From Corallococcus sp. bb12-1 (lineage in GTDB: Bacteria > Myxococcota > Myxococcia > Myxococcales > Myxococcaceae): a stretch of 64,000 bases of DNA. Shown piece by piece: positions 38,850 through 48,893 of this stretch. Within the stretch, counting starts at the first letter, position 1. The number at the start of each line of letters is the position of its first letter. The notes beneath the pieces are model-generated. The model had not been told where the DNA came from, made no database searches, and saw nothing but the letters and a program-made list of their open reading frames with translations. Location: the NCBI RefSeq assembly GCF_026626765.1, contig NZ_JAPNJZ010000012.1:13012-77011 (forward strand). The letters are read 5' to 3'. The translations under genes and the position numbers were made by a program.

Positions 38850-41762
38850 ATGACCACCTCACGGCACCTCCCGGACACCGGGCCGTCCTCCCCGCCGAAC
38901 ACCGGCCGTCCCACGGGCGATGGCGGAGGCCTGTCGGAGCGGCCGCTTCATGCGACGCGGGTGGGGCGCTACGTGCTGCTCGCGCGGCTGGGGCGCGGTG
39001 GCATGGGCGAGGTGTTCGAGGCGTTCGATCCAGAGCTTCGGCGCACCGTCGCCATCAAGCTGCTGCACGAGCGCCGCCTCCCCGACGAGGAAGAGGACGC
39101 TCGCGCGCTGCGGCTGGTGCGCGAGGCGCAGGCCATGGCGCGCCTGTCGCATCCGAACGTGCTCACCGTGCACGACGTGGGGACGCACGACGGCCGGGTG
39201 TTCATCGCGATGGCCCGTGTGGAAGGCGGCACGTTGCGGCAGTGGTTGCGGGAAGGGCCGCACTCGCGACACCAGGTGCTGTCCGTGTGCCGGGCCATGG
39301 GCCGGGGGCTCGCGGCGGCGCACGCGGCGGGGCTGGTCCACCGCGACTTCAAGCCGGACAACGTGCTGCTCGGACGCGAGGGTGGTGTCTGGGTGACGGA
39401 CTTCGGCATCGCGTCGGATGCGAACGCGGAGGCCGGGCCCGGCGTGCCGGTGACGGCGCTGCTCGAAGCTCCCACCGATGCGCGGCTCACGGCGACTGGC
39501 GCGCTGGTGGGGACGCCCGCGTACATGGCCCCGGAGCAGTACGCGGGCCGGGGGCCGGACGCGCGCGCGGATCAGTTCAGCTATTGCGTGTCCGTCTACG
39601 AAGCCCTCACCGGCCAGCGCCCTTTCGAGGAGGGGACGCTGCGGCGCATGGCGGTGACGCTGCTGGATTCGCAGCGAGCGCCCCAGAGCGCCGTGACGCC
39701 CCGGGTGGAGCTGGAGCCGCCCGCGCATCCGTCCCTTCCGGGCTGGGTGCACCGCGTGCTCACGCAGGGGCTGGCGGTGGCGCCCGAGCAGCGCTTCGCG
39801 ACGATGGAGGCCCTGTTGGAGGCGCTGGAGCACGACCCGGAGGCCGGGCGGCGGAAGCTCGCGGGCCGGTCGCTGGCGGTGGCGGCCGGGCTGATGCTGG
39901 GGGTGGGGGTGGCGTGGGTGCGTCCCACGCCGTGCAGCGGGGCGCCCGCGCTGTTCGCCCAGGTGTGGGGATCCTCGCAGAAGGCGGCGGTGGCGGAGGC
40001 CTTCGAACGCAGCGGCGCGACGGACGCGGAGGGCGCCTTCGACCGGGTGTCGGGGGCCATGGATGCGTATGCGACGCAGTGGAGCCGGATGCACCGGCAG
40101 GCGTGCGAGGCCACGCGCGTGACGGGGGAACAGCCGGAGGCGCACCTGGCGCTGCGCATGGCGTGCCTGGACCGGCGCCTGCGGTCGGTGGACGCGCTGG
40201 GCACGGAGCTGGCGCACGCGGACGCGGAGCTGGTGCAGCGCAGCGCGGAGGCGGTGGACGCGCTCCGGGGCGTGTCCGGGTGCGCGAACGTGGAGGCGCT
40301 CTCCGCGGCGGTGCCCCCGCCGGAGGATGCGGCGGCCCGGGCCCGAGTGGAGGTGGTGCGCAAGGAGGTGACGCACGCGCAGGCGCTGCTCGACGCGGGC
40401 CGGTACGCGCAGGCGCTGCCCGTGGCCAGGGCGGCGGTCGACGCGGCGCGCGCCACGCACTACCGCCCGCTGGAGGCCGAAGCGCTGCACGTGCTGGGCT
40501 GGGCCCACCACCGCATGAGCCAGTCGCGTGAGGCGATGGCCACGTGGCACGACGCCATGGCCGCCGCCACGGCAGGCCGCCACGACGAGGTGGCGCTCCA
40601 GGTGGCCACGGAGCTGGTGCTCGGGTTGAGCGAGGCCCCCGAGTGGTTCCCGGAGGCGCACCTGTGGAGCGCGCAGGCGCACGCGTTGATTGAGCGGCTG
40701 GGTTCCGCGCCCGACCTGGAGGGGCGTCTGGCCAACCACGAGGGCATCCTCGCGCTGAGTGAGGATTCGCTCGACGCGGCTGCGGAGCACTACGCGCGGG
40801 CCCTGGCGCTGCGGGAGCGGACGCTGGGCACGCGTCACGTGGACACCGCGAAGGTCTACAACAACCTGGGCATGGTGCTGCTGCGGCAAGGAAAGCAGGC
40901 GGAGGCCACGGCCCTGTACCAGAAGGCGCTCGCCATCTACGAGGAGCGGCTGGGCCCCACGCACCCGCTGCTCGCGGGCACGCTCACCAACCTGGGCTTC
41001 GCGGAACAGGAGGCGGGACACCTGCCGCAGGCGCTCCAGTGGTTGCAGCGCGCGTACACGCTGCGCCAGCAGACGCTGGGGCCGCTCAATTCACAGACAC
41101 TGCTGTTGCTCCACGACCTGGCGCTCGTGCAGGAGTCGTTGGGCGCGCCGGACCGGGCGCTCGCGCTGCATCGGGAGGCACTGGAAGGCATGCGGCAGGG
41201 GTTCGGCGCGGAGAGCCGTGAGGCCATTGATTCGCTCAAGGCCCTGGCGGGCGCGGAGGAGCGCTTGGAGCGGGACGCGGATGCGCTCGCGCACTTCCAG
41301 GAAGGCCTGGCGCTCCAGCGCAAGGTGCTGCCGCCGGAGGAGTTCGCGGTGGACACGCTGGGGGAGGATGTGGGGCGGCTGCTCGTGGCGCAGGGCCGGC
41401 CGAAGGAGGCGGTGCCCCTGTTGCGCGAGGCGCTGGCGTCGAAGGCGCGTTCGCTGGGCGCGGAGCATGCTCGGACCGTCCACAGCCGCACGGCGCTGGG
41501 GCTGGCGTACTTCCAACTGGGGCAGGGCGATGCCGCGCGAGAACTGCTGGAGATGTCGGAGCGGGTGCTGGCCCCGCTGGGCTGGAATCCGACGGACGCG
41601 GCGATGACGCACTTCGCGCTCGCGCAGGCGCTCTGGAGTCACCCTGCGGAACAGGCACGGGCGCGGACGTTGGCGCAGAAGGCGGTCGACGGCTTCACGC
41701 AGGGCGGAGCCATGACCCGGCGCGAACTGGCGCAGGTGAAGCAGTGGCTCGCGAGCCGGTAG
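38850..41762 (+). CDS. Ser/Thr protein kinase (Hanks-type) with long C-terminal TPR-repeat region
   Basis: GRGGMGEVF, VAIKLL, HRDFKPDNVLL, DFGIA, PAYMAPE; C-terminal half with NNLG/TNLG…Y…AL TPR signatures. Confidence 0.8.
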   Translation: MTTSRHLPDTGPSSPPNTGRPTGDGGGLSERPLHATRVGRYVLLARLGRGGMGEVFEAFDPELRRTVAIKLLHERRLPDEEEDARALRLVREAQAMARLSHPNVLTVHDVGTHDGRVFIAMARVEGGTLRQWLREGPHSRHQVLSVCRAMGRGLAAAHAAGLVHRDFKPDNVLLGREGGVWVTDFGIASDANAEAGPGVPVTALLEAPTDARLTATGALVGTPAYMAPEQYAGRGPDARADQFSYCVSVYEALTGQRPFEEGTLRRMAVTLLDSQRAPQSAVTPRVELEPPAHPSLPGWVHRVLTQGLAVAPEQRFATMEALLEALEHDPEAGRRKLAGRSLAVAAGLMLGVGVAWVRPTPCSGAPALFAQVWGSSQKAAVAEAFERSGATDAEGAFDRVSGAMDAYATQWSRMHRQACEATRVTGEQPEAHLALRMACLDRRLRSVDALGTELAHADAELVQRSAEAVDALRGVSGCANVEALSAAVPPPEDAAARARVEVVRKEVTHAQALLDAGRYAQALPVARAAVDAARATHYRPLEAEALHVLGWAHHRMSQSREAMATWHDAMAAATAGRHDEVALQVATELVLGLSEAPEWFPEAHLWSAQAHALIERLGSAPDLEGRLANHEGILALSEDSLDAAAEHYARALALRERTLGTRHVDTAKVYNNLGMVLLRQGKQAEATALYQKALAIYEERLGPTHPLLAGTLTNLGFAEQEAGHLPQALQWLQRAYTLRQQTLGPLNSQTLLLLHDLALVQESLGAPDRALALHREALEGMRQGFGAESREAIDSLKALAGAEERLERDADALAHFQEGLALQRKVLPPEEFAVDTLGEDVGRLLVAQGRPKEAVPLLREALASKARSLGAEHARTVHSRTALGLAYFQLGQGDAARELLEMSERVLAPLGWNPTDAAMTHFALAQALWSHPAEQARARTLAQKAVDGFTQGGAMTRRELAQVKQWLASR

Positions 41763-41764
41763 GG

Positions 41765-41796
41765 GAGGCACCTCGGGCAGAGCCACGAGGTGCCTC
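41765..41796. terminator. 11-bp perfect hairpin in the 43-nt convergent gap between the kinase and methyltransferase genes
   Basis: gaggcacctcg-10 nt-cgaggtgcctc. Confidence 0.4.
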
Positions 41797-41805
41797 GGGA
41801 CGGCT

Positions 41806-42537
41806 TCACCCAGACGTCCTCAGTGGAGGCACTTCCGGGGAGTGCACCAGGAAGGCCTTGAACTGTAGCGAGGCGAAGAGCTGACGCGGCTGCTCCGTCA
41901 GTCCGGCCTCGCGCAGCAGTGCGAAGAACGCTTCATCGGAAGCGGGAATCTCAAGACTCGCGAGCTCCTTGCGCCGCCGCGCGAGCTTTTCGGGAGGGAC
42001 TCCAGACACGCGCAACTGCTCTTCTTCCACGGCCAGGAGGACGGGGTCGTTCCCAACGGACTCTCCGATGATGAAGGGCGCCCCGGGCTTGAGCCGACGC
42101 ACCACTTCACGCAGGAGTTCCAGGCGCGTTTGGGCTCCCGTCACGTGGTGGAGGACACCCACCATCTGGGCCCCGTCGAAAGGGGCGCTGGTGGGCAGGT
42201 CGTGAAGCGCCCCTTCGTGCAATCGCATCCGCTCGCCCATTCCCGTGCTGCTCAATCGCTCACGGGCCACGGCGAGCATGTGCGGTGAGGTGTCCGTCCC
42301 GGTGAAGCGCCACGTGGGCCTTCCATACCGGGAATAGGGCAGCAGCTCCTGCGCGGTTCCCACGCCCACGCAGAGGATCGAGGCGGAGTCGTTCCCTCTC
42401 AACACGGATGTCATCGTCGCCGCGATGAGTTCCTGCATGGCGTGGTATCCGGGCAGCGAGGTCGCCGTGCCCGCGTCGTAGCGGGCGGCGTGCTCCGCCC
42501 CGAAATGATGTTCGTGATGAGGCGCGTGTGAGTGCAT
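41806..42537 (-). CDS. Class I SAM-dependent methyltransferase
   Basis: Motif I ILCVGVGTAQE and post-I/II pattern (…LHEGALHDLP…VGVLHHV…LKPGAPFIIGE). Confidence 0.65.
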   Translation of the reverse strand: MHSHAPHHEHHFGAEHAARYDAGTATSLPGYHAMQELIAATMTSVLRGNDSASILCVGVGTAQELLPYSRYGRPTWRFTGTDTSPHMLAVARERLSSTGMGERMRLHEGALHDLPTSAPFDGAQMVGVLHHVTGAQTRLELLREVVRRLKPGAPFIIGESVGNDPVLLAVEEEQLRVSGVPPEKLARRRKELASLEIPASDEAFFALLREAGLTEQPRQLFASLQFKAFLVHSPEVPPLRTSG

Positions 42538-42690
42538 GGGAACTCCGTCGGGCCGGGGGAGGAGAACCGGCGCGTTGATGTGAAAGATACGCTTCGGATT
42601 CTTCGCCGCCAGAGCGGCCCTTCACGTCGAATCGGCGGCGCTTCCGGTGTCGTGGCGGGGGGCAGGTGACGCCCGCCGCGACATGGCTTT

Positions 42691-43461
42691 TCAGGCTGCT
42701 TCGCCCGCGCGCCGCCACCGCGCGGGTGTCTGTCCATGCACGCGGCGGAACTGGCGGATGAAATGCGTGACGTCCGCGTAGCCCACCTGCCGCGCGATGG
42801 TGTCCATGGGGGCGTCGGTGCCGCGAAGGCGGCGGCGGGCCTCGGCCATCCGCTGCGCGAGGATCCACTCGCCCACGGTGCGCCCCGTCTCACTGCGCAC
42901 CATGGTGGCCACGTGCGCTGGCGTGCGTGCCACGGCCCGAGCGACGTCGGACAACGACAGGGGCTGGAGCGCGCTCTTCTCCACGAAGGCGAGTGCCTGG
43001 CGCGAGAGGCTCGAGGCTTCGGTGCCCGAGCGCAGGGTGGAGGCGCTGGCACGCACGAGCTCCACGAGCACCAGTCGCAGGAGCGAGGCGAACGCCTCCT
43101 CCCGTCCCTCCTCGCTCCCCTCGCATTCCTCTTCGAGCGCCTGCATCCACTGTTCGAGGCGGCGGTGCTGCGCTGACGTGGGCCGCAGCACGGGGTGGCA
43201 CCCGCCGCGCACCTGCGAGAAGAGGCGCGTGGAGGATTCCGCCTGCTCGGGCCAGAAGGTCAGGGCCCAGCCCGTGGCCTGCTCGAAGTGCGCCTCCGCG
43301 TGTGAATCTCCTGGCGGAATGAGGTGCACGTCCCCTGGCCGTAGCTCCAGCGCGCCCGCATGCCGCACCCGCGAGCGGCCCCCGGTGAGCAGGACGATCA
43401 CTGCGTAGGGGTGCGCCCGCTTGCCGCCCGGACGCGCCCTGCCGTGGAGCCCCTGATGCAT
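42691..43461 (-). CDS. AraC-family transcriptional regulator with N-terminal cupin domain
   Basis: C-terminal double HTH (…LSLSDVARAVARTPAHVATMVRSETGRTVGEWILAQRMAEARRRL…VGYADVTHFIRQFRRVHGQTPARWRR); start placed at MHQGLHG. Confidence 0.7.
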   Translation of the reverse strand: MHQGLHGRARPGGKRAHPYAVIVLLTGGRSRVRHAGALELRPGDVHLIPPGDSHAEAHFEQATGWALTFWPEQAESSTRLFSQVRGGCHPVLRPTSAQHRRLEQWMQALEEECEGSEEGREEAFASLLRLVLVELVRASASTLRSGTEASSLSRQALAFVEKSALQPLSLSDVARAVARTPAHVATMVRSETGRTVGEWILAQRMAEARRRLRGTDAPMDTIARQVGYADVTHFIRQFRRVHGQTPARWRRAGEAA

Positions 43462-43544
43462 GTGACGCTCGAGGCGGGAGATGAAGAGGGGAGCGCGACC
43501 CTGCTGGAAGGCCACGAGGCCTGGAGGGCTGGGCGCATGGCTCG

Positions 43545-44474
43545 TCACGGGTGGGGAGGCTCCGCGTGGATGTTGAGGTCGTGCACCATCGTCCACCCCG
43601 TCAGCGCGCCCTGATACGCCGCCCCGATGGCGGTCTGCACGGGCGTCGTCACGTCCCCCGCCGCGAAGAGGCCCGGAATGGACGTCTCGCATTGGGGACT
43701 GACGCGAACATAACCCGCGTCATCGAGCGCGAGGCCGAGCGTGCGCACGAGCGCCGGCAGGTGCTGCTTCGGCTTGAGGAAGAGCGCGTCGAGCGGCACC
43801 GCCGTCCCGTCCATGCGCTGGGCTCCGCGCAGGACGCCATCCGTCTCCACGACGAGGCGCTCCAGCGGCCCCGTCTCCAGCCGCACGCCCGCGGCGGCCA
43901 GTCGCTCCCTCGCTTCGGGAGGGAGGGCCCATGCGCCGCGAGTCAAGGCGGTGACGTTCCGGGTCCAGCCGGTGAGCATGATGGCGAAATCGACGAGGGG
44001 GACGGAGTCGAGCAGCACGCCCCAGGCCTTTCCACGGATCTCCCAGCCGTGGCAGTGGGGGCACTGGAAGGCGCTGCGGCCCCAGGCTTCGCCCATGCCG
44101 GGCAGCGCGGGGGGCTCATCCACGGCGCCCAGGGCGAGCAGGACGCGCCGTGCACGCACCTGCGCGCCACCTTCGAGCATCACGTGGAAGCCGTCCTTCG
44201 GGCTCAGGGGCGTCACGGCCACCACCTGCTCCTCGCGGAAGGTGACGTCGTAGGGAGCGAGCTGCTCACGGCCGATGCGCCGGAACTCCTCGGGCGGTGT
44301 GCCGTCGCGGGTGACGAAGCCATGGATGTGCGTGGCCGCCGCGTTCCGCCGGGCCCCCGCGTCGCACAGCCACACCCGCTTGCACGCCCGCCCCAGCACG
44401 AGCGCCGCGCTCAAGCCCGCGGGCCCGCCGCCCACCACCACCACGTCCACCGTATCCATCTCTCGCTGTTCCAT
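43545..44474 (-). CDS. FAD/NAD(P)-dependent oxidoreductase (thioredoxin-reductase-like fold)
   Basis: VDVVVVGGGPAGLSAAL dinucleotide motif, …FAAGDVTT… C-terminal FAD motif. Confidence 0.7.
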   Translation of the reverse strand: MEQREMDTVDVVVVGGGPAGLSAALVLGRACKRVWLCDAGARRNAAATHIHGFVTRDGTPPEEFRRIGREQLAPYDVTFREEQVVAVTPLSPKDGFHVMLEGGAQVRARRVLLALGAVDEPPALPGMGEAWGRSAFQCPHCHGWEIRGKAWGVLLDSVPLVDFAIMLTGWTRNVTALTRGAWALPPEARERLAAAGVRLETGPLERLVVETDGVLRGAQRMDGTAVPLDALFLKPKQHLPALVRTLGLALDDAGYVRVSPQCETSIPGLFAAGDVTTPVQTAIGAAYQGALTGWTMVHDLNIHAEPPHP

Positions 44475-44640
44475 GCCGGAACGCTAAAGACGGGCCGACA
44501 GCATCCCCATGGCGGCGCATGGGAAAAAATCGGCGTCCCTTGGGGGGCGGGTGGGTGTGCCGCAAGCATCGCGCAGGCCCGCAGGTGCCACCGCGTCGCT
44601 GAAGTCGCCGGAGCAGAACAGCAGGGCGACCGTGCACGGT

Positions 44641-47600
44641 TCACCGGCGCTTGCGCGCAGGGGGCGGCGCTTCCCTTTCGACCCGGAATGCCGCGTCCAG
44701 GACGAAGGCGCGTACCTGGGCCTTTATCCGGGAGAGTTCCGTCGCTTGTTCCTCAAGGCACTGCCGTGCGCGGTCCTGGGTGATGACACCTCCCTCGGTG
44801 GGATGGGCCTGCGTCTCGTCCCAGTGAGCGCAGGCATACCAACCGACGAGGTAGATGCCATGCTGACAGGCGTTCTCCGCGAGGTAGCGCTCCACGAGTT
44901 GCTCCCGCATGGCTGTCCACAAGTCTGGATTCCAGCAGCCTTTGACCTCGATGATGACGCTGATGGGGGCTTCCCGCCCATCCGGACCTGCCGCCATCGC
45001 CTGGACGAGCAGGTCCGTGCGCTGCCCGGGGCGCAAGGGCTCCGTGGGACGGATCTCCACCTCGCGGTTCACGACGATGCGCCGGCCCGAGAGCTCTTGT
45101 GCGAGGTGGCGTTTGATCCAGTCCGAAAGGTGGTTCTCCTTCTTTGGTCTGAACCGGACCGGCTCATTCTTTTCCTTCCATTCGTTCCAGAGGAACTCGA
45201 GCGCGGGTGTCTCTCCATGGAGGTCCACCTGAAGGCGGCCAAGTGACTCCATGACGACATCGATGAGTTGGGCCGCGCTCTGGACGATGCGCGCCTGGGG
45301 CGAGCCCAGCAGCGCCAGCAGGTCGCGAGGGCCAGGAGGCCGCCAGTGCTCCGTGCGGAAGCTCTCCTGCGCCTGGATGAGCGCGATGCGCAGTCCTTTC
45401 CGGCCCGGGACTTCATGGTTCAGTCGCTCAAGGGCCCGACATGCGTCCCGGGAGGATTGCCTGAGCAAAAAACCCTCAATGTTGCCTTGGATGGAATGCA
45501 GGTCTCCGCCGGAGTTCATCACGGACAGAAACCGGCTCCCGCTCCGAGGGGCGCGTGCCCCTGCGTGCCGTTCGATCCAGAGATAGATGTCCGCGAGCTG
45601 TGCCGGAGAATAGGTGTTGAGGTGGATGGCGATCGGCAATCCCTGCTCCAGTGCGTCCATCACTGCCCGACCGAAAACCACATCCTGATGAAGGAGCGGC
45701 CAGACGCGCTCCCACGTATTTCTTGGAGCCCGCCAGAGAAGGGTCTGGGCGATCTGGATCCTGAGGTCCTGGGGCGTCCCCTGTTTCGCGTTGAGGCGTT
45801 GCTCCGCCTGGGGTTGGACCTCCGAAGGAACATGCTCTATCAGGATCCAGAGCAGGTGCAGCCAAAGTGTCTCCGTGAGGGCCGGACGGTTGAAGGCTTC
45901 CAGGGCCACGGAAACCAGCACGTCATTCCAACACAGTCTCAGACATTCGAGATAGGGCTCCGCTCCCGGACCGAACTCCTCGGCCGCCAGCTTGCGCCGG
46001 AAGCTGTTCTTCACGGTGTCGGGGGCGTGCCGCGTGGCGAGACTCACCACGTGCTTGCGAAGCTCGTGATTCGTGTCCGATTCCCAGTGGCGTGCGGTCA
46101 GGATCAAGGAGGCCCAGTTCCCCCAGACAGACGTGGGCAGGTCATCCAGTTGGACAGGTGCGACCCGGGCCAGCAGCATCAGGGCGGCGTACCCGGTCCA
46201 GGCCTCCCATGGAACCGGTCCTCCTTTTCGCAGCCAGGGTTCCTGCGGTGGCTTGATGAGTTTGATGTAGGTCGCGCCAGCCATCGCGATCCGCGACTGG
46301 AGCGCCCCAGGGACTGCGTTCCAATATTGATCTGAAGCGAAGAGATCGAACCTCGCCTTGGGCTCGGACAGGAGCTGGACGAGCTTGGGCCAACATCCTG
46401 GTTCGCCGCCCTCTATTCTCAGCAGCAGTTGTTCGCAGCGCTGGAGGCGCGGATCCTCCTTGGGAGGGTTCTCTGCTTTCCGGCCCAGGACCTCCGCGAA
46501 GGCGTGCGCGATCAACGGGTGCTGCTTCGTGGCCTCGTTGATTGCTGCTTCGAGGGTGGCGTCCTGCCCCGAAATGAATCCAGCCGCCAGCTCCGCCCAG
46601 GCGGATTGCTCCTCCGGCGACGAAGCCCCCAGGGCGCGCTGCAACAGCGGATGAAGGTCTCGCGGGAAGAAGAGGGGAGGGCGCACCTCCTTCAGCCGTC
46701 GCAAGTCCCCCGGAGCGGCTCGCGTCGTGGCAAGGCCATCAATGAGCAGCCAACGCTCCTGTTCTCCGCGAAGGTTCCATCCTTCAAGGGGGCCCATCTC
46801 CGCCCTGGCACCCGGAAGAACATCCTCCCTTCTTGTCACCTGGACCCATACGGCGGAGCAGAAAGCCTCGAAGACCTCCGCCACCTCCAGGTGCTGCCAT
46901 GCCTTCTGGAACAACGTCGTGCAGAGTTCCCTGTAGGCTAGGCTGTGACGTCCTGACTCGCCCTCCCTGGCAGGAGCCGCGATCTTCCGCAGGGCTTTCG
47001 GCAGGTCCGGAATCGGAAGGTGCTTTTCCCAGGCAGCCTGGAACCTCATTCCCAGATAGTCATTCCAGGGATGAGCCCGCGCCATGTCGATGATCTGCTC
47101 CGTGGAGACATGCCGGGGCCAGAGCAGGGTGAGCGCCTCCTCTCGCAACCGCCCTCTCTCTTCCCCATCCGCTTCTGACGACGACAGCGGCAGGAGCCGG
47201 GCCTGGGCCTCTTCATCCGCGAGTTCGCCCAGGACCTGGATGGCACGGAGACGTTCACTCGCACCGAACCTGGCATCCAACGCGATGTCCGCGCAGACGG
47301 GAGCCAGGGAGTGCTCCGCGCAGGCTCCGACGATGTCCAACGCGAAGGTGAGGACGCGAGCCTCGTCAGAGGGGGAGCGCAGATGGCGGCGGAGTTGTTC
47401 CCCGAGACCCGGATGCGCGAGCCTGTGGACATCCAGCCGGGCGTCCATCTCCCGTCCCAGAGACGTGCCCGTCGTGAGCGTGCCCAGAAGGGCATCCACG
47501 AGCCTCTCCCGGAGCAGGGGGCTGGCCGTGAGGGCGTCGCTCCGCAGCAGGACCCAGGGATCCGTCTCCAGGAGGAACTCGCGGAAGTCGTCGTCCTGGG

Positions 47601-48798
47601 ATGCCAGCCACGCGGCCACTTCCTGGAGCTGGGGCACGATGAGCTGGCCCGCATCCTCAGGATGCCGGAAGAGGCTTGCGAGCTGTTCACGCGGGAGCTT
47701 CCGCCGCATCAGGAAGAGGGCTGTCAGGAACTCCGCATAGGTGCGATGGGCCCAGACCGCGAGCCGTGGCCCGCCGGTGCCAAACAGCCCCGTGCTGAGT
47801 GCCTCCCGGAGGTTTTCTTCCGTGATGGGCACGCGCCGCCCGTCTGCTTCTTCCTCCTCTCCACCGGTCGCATCTCCCAGCCGGACTCCGTGGGACGCCT
47901 CGGCATCGAGGTCGGGCGGACCGAGCTGGATCGCGTCCCGGTTGGACAGCAGCGTCAGCGCCGCGAGACGCGAGGCAACGGCCAGCCGGGCGTCGGTTCC
48001 GAGGCGGCCTTGCTGCCCTGACTCCACACGGGATTCATCGTTCTCCTGCGCCAGGAGACCGCAGCCCTCCATGTAGAGGGTCCACCGGTCCGCGGGGAGC
48101 CGTCCCTGTTTGAACGCTCCCAGCAGGAAGCCGAGGGTCACCGGCCGGAGGGCGAGCGCGGTGGCATTCCGCTGAGCCACTTCCTGGAGGAACTTCGCTG
48201 CATCCACATGTCGGGCCTGGGCCAGTTGCTCGACATCCCGTCTGCGCAACGGCGCGAGTTCGACCGCCGCGAACGCTTCGTCCGTCCACAGCTCACGCAA
48301 CTGCTTTTCGAGGCTGCGCGGCCAGTGGGCGGGACGGCAGGCGATGAAGAGAAACAACCGCTCGCGGGGGAGTTCGCGAAGCTCGTGCAGGAGCACCTTG
48401 CTCAGTGTCTCGATGCGCAGGTGGCACTCATCGAAGCTGTCCAGGACGAGGTAGAGCGGAGCGTCCCCCTTCTTCCACTTCGCGATGACGTCCCCGTCGA
48501 AGAGCACCCGCGCGAGCCGCCCCTCATCTCCAAAGGCCGCCAGGTCATGCCACAGGAGGTGCGCGCCCAGGCGGTCGCAGTGACCCTGGATGGACTGGCG
48601 CTCCTGTCGCAGGGTGGTGGTCTTGCCCATGCCCGGCTCGCCGAGCAGTGCCACGCAATGCGTGGAGAGCAGCGCCTGCAAGGAGACGAGCTTCGAGGCC
48701 GCGTCCTGCCTGTCCAGCAGATACCCCTCATCGGAGAGGGCCAGCGCTTCGCCACGAGGGATCCAGAAGCGTTGCCACGGAATGGATTGGGTCGCCAT
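44641..48798 (-). CDS. STAND/NACHT-family NTPase (1385 aa) with central helical repeats and C-terminal PD-(D/E)xK nuclease-like domain; candidate antiphage defence protein
   Basis: Walker A GEPGMGKTT (aa 53-61), NACHT-type Walker B LYLVLDSFDEC (aa 116-125), FLFIACRP motif resembling NACHT TSRP/TTRP (aa 150-156). C-terminal …HLSDWIKRHL…IVVNREVEI…GQRTDLLVQ…ISVIIEVKGCW…QLVERYL = helix-E, beta, hD, ExK, Q restriction-endonuclease-fold signature (D1262, E1284, K1286, about nt 44941-45015). GC visibly lower than surroundings. Confidence 0.8.
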   Translation of the reverse strand: MATQSIPWQRFWIPRGEALALSDEGYLLDRQDAASKLVSLQALLSTHCVALLGEPGMGKTTTLRQERQSIQGHCDRLGAHLLWHDLAAFGDEGRLARVLFDGDVIAKWKKGDAPLYLVLDSFDECHLRIETLSKVLLHELRELPRERLFLFIACRPAHWPRSLEKQLRELWTDEAFAAVELAPLRRRDVEQLAQARHVDAAKFLQEVAQRNATALALRPVTLGFLLGAFKQGRLPADRWTLYMEGCGLLAQENDESRVESGQQGRLGTDARLAVASRLAALTLLSNRDAIQLGPPDLDAEASHGVRLGDATGGEEEEADGRRVPITEENLREALSTGLFGTGGPRLAVWAHRTYAEFLTALFLMRRKLPREQLASLFRHPEDAGQLIVPQLQEVAAWLASQDDDFREFLLETDPWVLLRSDALTASPLLRERLVDALLGTLTTGTSLGREMDARLDVHRLAHPGLGEQLRRHLRSPSDEARVLTFALDIVGACAEHSLAPVCADIALDARFGASERLRAIQVLGELADEEAQARLLPLSSSEADGEERGRLREEALTLLWPRHVSTEQIIDMARAHPWNDYLGMRFQAAWEKHLPIPDLPKALRKIAAPAREGESGRHSLAYRELCTTLFQKAWQHLEVAEVFEAFCSAVWVQVTRREDVLPGARAEMGPLEGWNLRGEQERWLLIDGLATTRAAPGDLRRLKEVRPPLFFPRDLHPLLQRALGASSPEEQSAWAELAAGFISGQDATLEAAINEATKQHPLIAHAFAEVLGRKAENPPKEDPRLQRCEQLLLRIEGGEPGCWPKLVQLLSEPKARFDLFASDQYWNAVPGALQSRIAMAGATYIKLIKPPQEPWLRKGGPVPWEAWTGYAALMLLARVAPVQLDDLPTSVWGNWASLILTARHWESDTNHELRKHVVSLATRHAPDTVKNSFRRKLAAEEFGPGAEPYLECLRLCWNDVLVSVALEAFNRPALTETLWLHLLWILIEHVPSEVQPQAEQRLNAKQGTPQDLRIQIAQTLLWRAPRNTWERVWPLLHQDVVFGRAVMDALEQGLPIAIHLNTYSPAQLADIYLWIERHAGARAPRSGSRFLSVMNSGGDLHSIQGNIEGFLLRQSSRDACRALERLNHEVPGRKGLRIALIQAQESFRTEHWRPPGPRDLLALLGSPQARIVQSAAQLIDVVMESLGRLQVDLHGETPALEFLWNEWKEKNEPVRFRPKKENHLSDWIKRHLAQELSGRRIVVNREVEIRPTEPLRPGQRTDLLVQAMAAGPDGREAPISVIIEVKGCWNPDLWTAMREQLVERYLAENACQHGIYLVGWYACAHWDETQAHPTEGGVITQDRARQCLEEQATELSRIKAQVRAFVLDAAFRVEREAPPPARKRR

Positions 48799-48893
48799 GC
48801 CCTGCCCGGACGGAGGAGCGCATCATGATAGCCTGACTGTCACTCCGTCTTGTCCTGCCTCCAGATATCGGCCCGGGTCCGTGGAGAAGTCAC

